The notes under the pieces were generated by a model. The model worked only from the letters and a program-made list of their open reading frames with translations. It was not told the DNA's origin and did not search any database. Both the position numbers and the translations under genes were made by a program. A stretch of 64,000 nucleotides of DNA from Dehalococcoidia bacterium (GTDB lineage Bacteria > Chloroflexota > Dehalococcoidia > Lucifugimonadales > UBA3495). How positions within the stretch are numbered: the first letter of the stretch is position 1; every line of letters starts with the position of its first letter. Location: positions 3,334,673 to 3,398,672 of the forward strand of contig OY762444.1 in NCBI GenBank assembly GCA_963665735.1, given 5' to 3'. This document shows, piece after piece, positions 1 to 6,643 of the stretch.

Positions 1-992
1 TTTGACTGCGTAAGGTTCAAGACCGCCCCCAGAAACAGGGCCAGGAAGGGCAGGCTCAATACGTGGGGATGCAGGTCGCCCAGGGCGAAGGAAAAAAAGG
101 GGAACTCGGTGATGGTGTAGTCCAGGCTTTGCCCGTCGCGCAGAGTGTCAATTACCCGCGTCGCCCGCCACCACCACCAAGGGGTTTCGGGAAAGACCCC
201 GCCGGCTCCGGCGTCCGCCGCCGTCAGTCCCTTAATCGCCAGCCAGTCCCAAAACCCGCCGCCGGCCCACCCCCGGACATGAACCAATTCCAGGAACCCG
301 GCCAGGTTGCTGACCATCGCCAGCAGGAAAACCGCCAAGATTCCGGTTGCGGCGGCGGCTTGCCAATGTCCTCCGGCCAGCCGCACCAGGTTGGCGGCCA
401 ATCCGAAAACGCCGATGGCGGCCAGCGCGGGAATCGAGGCCATCCCCAGGTTGTAAGCCACCGCACCGGCGGTTGCCGTCAACTTGGCAACCGCAGCGAC
501 CATGAAATGCCCGAAGTAGTAGTAGCTGATGGGGTGGCCGGCCAGCCAAGGGTCTTCCGGCGGATAAGCGGTACTGTGCAGGACGGCGTTGAGAAACGCC
601 AAGTCCATCGGCTTTTCGGTGTGGTTGATTTCCGGGGTGTCGGCGACAATAGCCAACCAGAAAAGGAAGAATGCCAGAAAGACGGCTTCGGCGGCCAGCA
701 GCATCCGCCAATCCGCCCGCACAAACCCGATGATTTCCGCTTTTTGGCGCCGGGACAGCCACGCCGACAGGACGATTCCGGCGGCAACCAAGGCAACCAA
801 GGTCAGTTGGGACACCGGGGCCAGCCGGCTCAAACCCAGCAGCCACGCCGCGTAAGAAAACAGTACCAGCGCCAGCGGTTTGGCCAGGGTGTAACCCCGG
901 TCGGGGAGCCGGTGGAAGAGACGGAAGGCCAGGGGGAAGGCAATCAGCCCCAACCCTTGCAGGACGATGAACCAAAGTAGAGGCGCAACCAA
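1..992 (-). CDS. DUF2298 / Chlor_Arch_YYY-domain integral membrane protein, N-terminal part (gene runs off the left edge)
   Basis: Not in the ORF track, because it has no stop inside the window. It has a TTG start at 992 just after an in-frame TAA. My minus-strand translation reads LVAPLLWFIVLQGLGLIAFPLAFRLFHRLPDRGYTLAKPLALVL...TEKPMDLAFLNAVLHSTAYPPEDPWLAGHPISYYYFGHFMVAAVAKL... It is strongly hydrophobic and carries the YYYxG signature of the Chloroflexi/Archaea YYY family. Confidence 0.7.
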   Translation of the reverse strand, partial: MVAPLLWFIVLQGLGLIAFPLAFRLFHRLPDRGYTLAKPLALVLFSYAAWLLGLSRLAPVSQLTLVALVAAGIVLSAWLSRRQKAEIIGFVRADWRMLLAAEAVFLAFFLFWLAIVADTPEINHTEKPMDLAFLNAVLHSTAYPPEDPWLAGHPISYYYFGHFMVAAVAKLTATAGAVAYNLGMASIPALAAIGVFGLAANLVRLAGGHWQAAAATGILAVFLLAMVSNLAGFLELVHVRGWAGGGFWDWLAIKGLTAADAGAGGVFPETPWWWWRATRVIDTLRDGQSLDYTITEFPFFSFALGDLHPHVLSLPFLALFLGAVLNLTQS

Positions 993-1084
993 AATGGTTA
1001 ATGAGTTGCCAAAGGGACGCCGGAGTTAGTGGGGTGCCTTCATGGAAATGGTGATTGGTGAAGGATGTATCGTCATGTCGGCGG

Positions 1085-1487
1085 AGGTCTGTATTCAGGA
1101 ATCCTTGCTATTGAGGACACTGTTCCATGCCTGGCATTTCTGGATTCCGGCCCCGTATCAAGTACGGGGTGACGTTCTTTCGCCGGAATGACGGGTTTAT
1201 GCGGGAAGTCATCATAACAACATCATCATGCCGGAGCAGGTAGGTATCCAGAAATCCTTGCCACTAAGGGGGCTGTTCGATGCTTGGCGTTTCTGGATTC
1301 CGGCTTTCGCCGGAATGACGGGTTGGTGCAGGAAATCATCATAACAACATCGTCATGCCGGCGCAGGTCTGTATTCAGGAATCCTTGCTATTGAGGACAC
1401 TGTTCGATGCCTGGCGTTTCTGGATTCCGGCTTTCGCCGGAATGACGGGCTTGTGCAGGAAGTCATCATAATGACGGCGACGGACCG
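1085..1487. repeat. Three head-to-tail copies (about 128-152 bp period) of the family-A ~100-bp TIR element (core CGTCATTCCGGCGAAAGCCGGAATCCAG)
   Basis: The string gtctgtattcaggaatccttgctattgaggacactgttc(c/g)atgcctggc(a/g)tttctggattccgg...cgccggaatgacggg recurs starting at 1087 and 1367, with a diverged copy at 1239. The first copy has an extra ccccgtatcaagtacgggg hairpin. The spurious ORF 1375..1611 carries the peptide VIPAKAGIQ typical of this repeat. Confidence 0.85.
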
Positions 1488-1525
1488 CCAGGTTGGGCAA
1501 CTCCATCATACCGGGCAATCGGCGG

Positions 1526-2506
1526 TCAAAGGGGTCGGCCGGCCTCCTCGGGAGAGACCGGGGAAAGCAGGGATTCAACAAAGTCCTGCGGGTCAAAGGG
1601 GGCCAGGTCACTGAGGGATTCTCCGGTGCCGATGAACATTATCGGCACTTCCAACTCCTGCTTGATGGACAGGGCGATTCCGCCGCGGGCGGTTCCGTCC
1701 AGCTTGGCGAGGAAAATGCCGGTGCAGTCCACCGCCTCTTTGAAGGATTGGGCTTGGGCCAGCCCGTTATGGCCGGTGGTGGCGTCCAGAGTCAGCAGCA
1801 CCTGGTGGGGCGCCGTTGGGTCCAGGCGGTTGATGACCCGGCGGACTTTCTTCAACTCTTCCATCAGGTTGGCCTTGTTGTGGAGCCGGCCCGCCGTGTC
1901 CACAATCAACACATCCGCTTGCCTCGCCTTGGCCGCCTGGTAAGCGTCGAAGGCCACCGCGCCGGGGTCGGCCCCGGAGCCGTGCCGGATAATGTCCACG
2001 CCAACCCGCCCGGCCAGAATCTCCAACTGTTCCTCGGCGGCGGCGCGGAAGGTGTCCGCCGCTCCCAAGACTACTTTATGCCCGGCGTTCTTGAAGTGGT
2101 AGGCCAGCTTGGCGATGCTGGTGGTCTTGCCCACGCCGTTGACGCCCACCATCAACACCACGTAGGGTTTGGCGGTTTCGTCGTCGTCCAGCCACAACGA
2201 TTCGTCACCGTCGCCGGCCAATTCCGCGGCCAGCGACTCTTTCAGCAAGTCAAACACCTGCTCCGGTTCGCTGACCCGGTTGTCCCTGACCTCCGCCTTC
2301 AACCGTTCCACGATTTGCAGGGAAGTTTCCACCCCCACGTCGGCGGAAATAAGAATTTCCTCGATTTCTTCCCAAAGGTCGTCATCCAACTCGGACGAGC
2401 GGAGCAGCCCGAAGATTTTGCCGAACCAGCGTTCCCGGCTGCGCTTGACCCCTTCGTCGGTCTGGCGTTTGTTTTCGGTGCGGTCGCGTTTGAAGATGCT
2501 GAACAT
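1526..2506 (-). CDS. ftsY: Signal recognition particle receptor FtsY
   Basis: 326 aa with an acidic N-domain followed by an SRP GTPase domain: GVNGVGKTTSIAKLA, DTAGR, LAKLDGTARGG. Confidence 0.95.
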   Translation of the reverse strand: MFSIFKRDRTENKRQTDEGVKRSRERWFGKIFGLLRSSELDDDLWEEIEEILISADVGVETSLQIVERLKAEVRDNRVSEPEQVFDLLKESLAAELAGDGDESLWLDDDETAKPYVVLMVGVNGVGKTTSIAKLAYHFKNAGHKVVLGAADTFRAAAEEQLEILAGRVGVDIIRHGSGADPGAVAFDAYQAAKARQADVLIVDTAGRLHNKANLMEELKKVRRVINRLDPTAPHQVLLTLDATTGHNGLAQAQSFKEAVDCTGIFLAKLDGTARGGIALSIKQELEVPIMFIGTGESLSDLAPFDPQDFVESLLSPVSPEEAGRPL

Positions 2507-2542
2507 ATCGCTGTTGTGTCAAGCAGATTAGAGTTGCCCGTC

Positions 2543-3253
2543 CTAATTGGTGGTTTCCGATGTCTCCGGGGCGGAGCGGGTCATTGCGTCGGCGGCTGCG
2601 GCCCGCTCGGCGTCGGCTTTTTTGCCGCCCTGCCCCCGGCCAACCACCACGTCGGCGACCAGGGCTTCGACGGTAAAGACCGGGTTGTGGTCCGGGCCGG
2701 ACTTGTCCACCACCCGGTAGCTGGGGGCCGGCTTGCCCTGGGCTTGCAGGTATTCCTGGAATCGGGATTTGGGGTCTTTGGGCGGCACGCCGGAAAGACA
2801 GGATTGTTCCAGAGCGTTGCCCAAGGTATTTTTGACCAGGGTTCGGGCTTGGTCATAACCCTGGTCCAGGTAGGTCGCCGCGGTCAAAGCCTCAAAGGCC
2901 GCCGCCAGTATGGAATCCCGGTTTCTCCCGCCGGAAGTTTCCTCACCCTTGCCCAGCAACAGGTGTCGGCCCAGTTCCAGCCCCCGCGCCGCTTGGGACA
3001 GGCTTTCCCGGCAGACCAGGGCGGCCCGGATTTTGGTAAGTTCCCCCTCGTCCAGGTGAGGCAAGCGGTGGTAGAGTTCGGTGGACACCACCAACTCCAG
3101 TACCGAGTCCCCCAGGAACTCCAGCCTTTCGTAAGACTCCGGGGATGCCCCGCCCTGTTCGTTGAGGAAAGAACGGTGAATCAGGGCTTGCCGGAGCAAG
3201 CCCTGATTGCGAAAGCGAAACCCGATGGTTGATTCCAGGTCGCTGCCGGACAA
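2543..3253 (-). CDS. rnc: Ribonuclease III
   Basis: Contains the RNase III signature ERLEFLGDSVLELVV and a C-terminal dsRBD (PKDPKSRFQEYLQAQG...FTVEALV). The long ORF to 3532 overlaps the upstream gene. I place the start at TTG 3253, which is 4 nt after a GAGG. Confidence 0.88.
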   Translation of the reverse strand: MSGSDLESTIGFRFRNQGLLRQALIHRSFLNEQGGASPESYERLEFLGDSVLELVVSTELYHRLPHLDEGELTKIRAALVCRESLSQAARGLELGRHLLLGKGEETSGGRNRDSILAAAFEALTAATYLDQGYDQARTLVKNTLGNALEQSCLSGVPPKDPKSRFQEYLQAQGKPAPSYRVVDKSGPDHNPVFTVEALVADVVVGRGQGGKKADAERAAAADAMTRSAPETSETTN

Positions 3254-3260
3254 GGAGCCT

Positions 3261-3893
3261 CTAAATGACCCCGTGGGGCCAGGGCGGTTGGGGCCGCTTG
3301 ACTTCGCCGACGTGGGGCAGCGTGGAAACCATCGTCGTAAGGTTGTCGTAGATGGCGGCGGCCTCTTCGTCCGGGGGAATGAACATCTTGATGAAGGCCG
3401 AACCGCCGCCGGGGAAGACGTAGGTGGGAACGCCGAAGGCCCCGTACTCTTCCACCGCCTTGGTGTGGCTTTCCCCGATGTCCTGGAGCAACTGGGGGTC
3501 GGCCAGGTCTTCGTAGAACTGGCCCAGGTCAATGCCGGCGTCGGTGGCCGCGTCCTTGATTACCTGGGGGTCGGCCAGGTCTTTCTTTTCCTCGTGGCGG
3601 GCCTTGAGCAAGCTCATAAAGAAGGATTCGAAGGCGTCCCTGCCCTGCCGCTTAGCGGCCAGACCGGCCTGGTGGGCCAGCAGGGTGGTATCCGAGCCGT
3701 CCAGGATACCGGGCTGCTCCCAGACCTTCCAGTCGTCGCCCTCTTTGCTGTTGATTTGGGCCAGCGAGAAGGGCTGCCAGTCCACTTCAATATCCTGGCC
3801 GGTGGTTTCCCTGACTTTCGACAGCCACACGGCTGCGTTGTAAACGAAGGGTCAACGAAAGTCGTAATAGGTGGTGAAGTTCGCCTCTGTCAT
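3261..3893 (-). CDS. DsbA-like (Rv2466c/mycoredoxin-2-like) thiol oxidoreductase with an in-frame TGA at 3852-3854; candidate selenoprotein (or N-terminally disrupted gene)
   Basis: The track ORF 3261..3830 lacks the thioredoxin-fold active site. Upstream and in frame lies GGAGG, then 7 nt, then ATG 3893, encoding MTEANFTTYYDFR-TGA-PFVYNAAVWLSKV. The TGA aligns with the first Cys of the family's D-x-x-C-P-W-C motif. Confidence 0.6.
3822..3835 (-). other. Short hairpin CAGCC-GUGU-GGCUG starting 17 nt 3' of the in-frame UGA (possible SECIS apical stem)
   Basis: The plus strand reads cagcc acac ggctg. An outer UUCG/CGAA pairing is also possible. This was judged by eye only, with no folding energy computed. 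Confidence 0.25.
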
Positions 3894-3936
3894 ACTGCGC
3901 CTCCTGCCGTTTGGTTGGCCGTTCCTGACTGTCTGA

Positions 3937-3965
3937 ATTGTAGCACACCCCCGGCGCAAGGCCAA
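3937..3965 (-). promoter_or_regulatory. Sigma70-like promoter TTGGCC-17 nt-TACAAT upstream of the DsbA-like gene
   Basis: Minus-strand sequence is TTGGCCttgcgccgggggtgtgcTACAAT. It lies about 45 nt upstream of ATG 3893. Confidence 0.4.
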
Positions 3966-4018
3966 TAAGGGCGTGGCCGTTGGCCCGGGTCATCCAATCC
4001 TCCCGACCCTGCCAAACG

Positions 4019-4573
4019 CTAGCCGCTTTGCCTTTGTCGCTGGAACAGTCCGTGAACCCTGCTCACTGCCGGGCTGCCCAACCTTTCCAGCACCAACTGA
4101 CAGATTCGCAGGCCGGGGGACAGCTTACATTCGTAAGGGCCGTTGTTCAGGATTTCCAGACGCAACTGCCCTTCAAAGGTGGCATGAACCGTTGGAGCGG
4201 TTTGGTGAATGGATATGCCCAACCTGGCGAATGAACTTCTCCCTTCTACTCGTCCCGAAAGATAATTGGGTAGCTTGATGTATTCCCTGGTATATGCCAG
4301 GACGAACTGGCGGGGCGCGAGGTCGAAGTTGTCCCCTTCTTCAAGCGTCGTTTCAATCCCAAAGGCATTGGCGATTTCCTCCACGTCCCCCACTTTCGCC
4401 AAGTCTATGGTAGTTGAGACGCCTGGGATGTCGAGGGTGTTGAATGTCGTGAATTTGTTGCTGAGCCGCAGGTCAACGGAAGAAGGGGTGACTTGTTCCC
4501 CATCTATTTCGGGAGTGAATGACAGCCTCCCACTTCGTATCTCCATCCAGATTTCGTGGTCGCTAAGTACCAT
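4019..4573 (-). CDS. dcd: dCTP deaminase (dUTPase fold)
   Basis: 184 aa reading MVLSDHEIWMEI...SVDLRLSNKF...GRSSFARLGISIH...LEILN, which is the typical Dcd layout. It lies in a lower-GC patch. Confidence 0.88.
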   Translation of the reverse strand: MVLSDHEIWMEIRSGRLSFTPEIDGEQVTPSSVDLRLSNKFTTFNTLDIPGVSTTIDLAKVGDVEEIANAFGIETTLEEGDNFDLAPRQFVLAYTREYIKLPNYLSGRVEGRSSFARLGISIHQTAPTVHATFEGQLRLEILNNGPYECKLSPGLRICQLVLERLGSPAVSRVHGLFQRQRQSG

Positions 4574-4940
4574 TTTCCAGTTCTTTCACCCAGTTGCGGA
4601 AGGTCAGTACGGTGTCTTTTTCCGCATTTGTCACCTGGATCCTGGGGCCGGAAGTAAGAGTCTCGGCGGGGATGTCAACCAGCACCCCATTCTCCACGTC
4701 TGCAATGATAAAGGCGTGCAGAAATTTGCCGTCAGGGATTACGTGCTGCTTGGGAACAAAGGACGTGAAATGCCCTTCGTGGTTCTCAAACTGCACGATA
4801 TACTCCCCGAACTGCGGCCATTCGTGGACTTTGAGGCAGTTCACCAGCACCGGCTCCGGGTCTTGTCTCCATTCGGGAATTTTAACCATCGCTAACTCAC
4901 CCCTAAACGATTGCTTGGCCGAAACGGGCCGGACTTTCAT
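4563..4940 (-). CDS. Hypothetical protein, overlaps the dcd start by 11 nt
   Basis: Open frame with no family I recognise. An internal ATG at 4889 (MVKIPEWRQ) is preceded by GGGGTGA and may be the real start. Confidence 0.45.
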   Translation of the reverse strand: MKVRPVSAKQSFRGELAMVKIPEWRQDPEPVLVNCLKVHEWPQFGEYIVQFENHEGHFTSFVPKQHVIPDGKFLHAFIIADVENGVLVDIPAETLTSGPRIQVTNAEKDTVLTFRNWVKELENGT

Positions 4941-4970
4941 TCGTCCGAATGACTTTCGGACGAATGACTT

Positions 4971-6368
4971 TTGTCCACTGCCGGCACGTTAACCCGGCCT
5001 TCTTGGGTTGTCAAGGAACTGCTGACATCAGGGCATAAGCAGCCCCCCGCCCTATGCTATAATTTTCCCGCTGGCAGGAGGTTCCCTACGCTTAATCAAC
5101 TCCGCATTGACCGACTTCTTTCCGCCGTTTCCGCCGGTCTGGACGACGGCAGCCGCGCTTTGCTGGAAACCCTGACTTGTAAGGCCAACGAACAATCGCT
5201 GCCCTTGTACCTGGTGGGCGGCCCGGTGCGGGATGCGGCGTTGGGCTTGCCGGTCAAAGACCTGGACTTGGCATTTGAGGGCGACGCCATAGCCCTGGCC
5301 CGCACGCTGGGCAAGGAATTGGGCTGGCAGGTGGTAGTCCATACCCGGTTTGGCACGGCGGCTCTGATTCACCGCGGCAGCCGGGTTGACCTGGTTACGG
5401 CCCGCCGGGAAGTCTATGATTCCCCCGGCGCGCTGCCCCGCGTCATTCCCGGCAGCATCCGGCAAGACCTGGCTCGCCGCGACTTTTCCATCAATGCGCT
5501 GGCCTTGCCGTTGGGGGAATCTGAACCTCGCATATTGGACTTCCACCGGGGGTTGGACGACCTGCGGCGGGGAATCGTCCGCATCCTGCACCCCGGCAGT
5601 TTTGTTGACGACCCGACCCGCATCCTCCGGGCCGTCCGCTACGAGCAACGGTTGGGATTCCGGCTGGAACCGGATACGGAAAACCGTCTGCGCCGCGCTC
5701 TGGCCGGTGGGGCCGTGGACACCGTTTCCGGCGACCGGCTGCGGCACGAACTGGAGCGCATCCTGGCCGAAGACCAGCCCGCTCCGGCGCTGCGGCGCGC
5801 CCTGGATATGGGCGTATTGTCGGCCCTGCACCCGGCTTGGGGCGATGATGCGGCGAGTTCCAGGCTGGCGGACGCTCTGTACCATCTTGAAGCCGCCGCC
5901 AATCCGTTGCCTCCTTTGGCTTGGTTGGCCGCTCTGGTGTATCCGTTGCCAGCCCCGGCGGTGCCCGACATTGCCCGGCGGTTGAACCTGACCGGCCGGC
6001 AAAGGGCGGTTGTCCTAGACACCGTGGCCCTGCGGCAGTTGGAAACCACGCTGTCCCAGCCGCCGATTTCCCGTTCGGAAGTCTGCCGGCAGTTGCAGGG
6101 GCTGGACGAAGCGGCGGTAACGGCGGCGATTGCCCTGTCCGGCAACGGTCTGGCGCGGCAACGATTGGGTAAATACTTGCGGGAGTGGCGGTTCGTCCGT
6201 CCGGCGTTGGATGGCGCGGCGGTGATGGCAATGGGCGTAGAACCGGGGCCGGCCGTGGGGCAGCTTATCAAGAAACTGCATAACGCCCGGCTGGACTGCC
6301 GAGTCCGGTCGGAAGAAGAAGAACGCCAATTGGTGCGGCGAGTTCTGGCCAAGAGCGGGGGGAGGTAG
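4971..6368 (+). CDS. cca: CCA-adding enzyme / poly(A) polymerase-family tRNA nucleotidyltransferase (start uncertain, possibly near 5088)
   Basis: Contains LYLVGGPVRDAALGLPVKDLDLAFEGDA, RDFSINALA and ILRAVRYEQRLGF. A TGcTATAAT box and an AGGAGG lie inside the first 40 codons of the longest ORF. Confidence 0.85.
   Translation: MSTAGTLTRPSWVVKELLTSGHKQPPALCYNFPAGRRFPTLNQLRIDRLLSAVSAGLDDGSRALLETLTCKANEQSLPLYLVGGPVRDAALGLPVKDLDLAFEGDAIALARTLGKELGWQVVVHTRFGTAALIHRGSRVDLVTARREVYDSPGALPRVIPGSIRQDLARRDFSINALALPLGESEPRILDFHRGLDDLRRGIVRILHPGSFVDDPTRILRAVRYEQRLGFRLEPDTENRLRRALAGGAVDTVSGDRLRHELERILAEDQPAPALRRALDMGVLSALHPAWGDDAASSRLADALYHLEAAANPLPPLAWLAALVYPLPAPAVPDIARRLNLTGRQRAVVLDTVALRQLETTLSQPPISRSEVCRQLQGLDEAAVTAAIALSGNGLARQRLGKYLREWRFVRPALDGAAVMAMGVEPGPAVGQLIKKLHNARLDCRVRSEEEERQLVRRVLAKSGGR
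5055..5063 (+). promoter_or_regulatory. Extended -10 element TGcTATAAT
   Basis: Sequence is ctaTGcTATAATtttcccgctggcAGGAGGttccctACG, with the SD at 5076-5081. Confidence 0.35.
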
Positions 6369-6372
6369 CGGC

Positions 6373-6597
6373 GTGCAACCGGACACCAGCGAAGAACAGG
6401 AACGGGAGTCCTGCGTAATCTGCGAAGGCCCCCTAGACGGCATCAACCAGACCGCTTGCCAGCTTTGCGGCGGCAGGTTCCACCAACCATGGAGCCAGGA
6501 CCCGGCCTTGCCCCAATGCGGGCGCATCGCCAGCCACCAGGACGCGCTGGCTATCGTCTTTGTGTGCAATGACTGTTACGAAAACCGGGATTTGTGA
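6373..6597 (+). CDS. Small Cys-rich (zinc-ribbon-like) protein
   Basis: 74 aa with CVICEG...CQLCGG...C...CNDC. The GTG start is 4 nt after the cca stop. Confidence 0.45.
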   Translation: MQPDTSEEQERESCVICEGPLDGINQTACQLCGGRFHQPWSQDPALPQCGRIASHQDALAIVFVCNDCYENRDL

Positions 6598-6643
6598 CCC
6601 GTTTAACCAAGGTTTCCCAACAACATAAGGAGCGGCTACCGGA

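Noticed and set aside
1085-1487. Possible CRISPR array, given regularly spaced repeats
   Set aside because: The whole ~130-150-bp unit is repeated, with no unique spacers between short repeats. The same unit occurs singly elsewhere, and no cas genes are present. It is a tandem MITE/REP-like array.
1493-3232. Very long ORFs antisense to or out of frame with recognised genes. Examples: 1493..3232 +, 9654..11087 +, 25997..27388 +, 33351..34439 +, 36173..37306 +, 43867..45324 -, 47476..48900 +, 49406..50869 +, 51091..52692 -, 54760..55938 -, 58011..59183 +, 59268..60335 +, 61043..62272 -.
   Set aside because: Their translations are Arg/Gly/Pro/Ala/His-rich low-complexity strings without motifs. 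Each overlaps a gene with clear family signatures on the other strand or frame. This is the expected stop-codon-poor shadow of high-GC coding DNA.
4019-4573. Anti-phage dCTP deaminase defence gene
   Set aside because: Defensive dCTP deaminases described so far carry additional N-terminal domains. This protein is a plain 184-aa Dcd of housekeeping size. Only the lower GC and the unknown coupled ORF are unusual, and these are reported separately at low interest.
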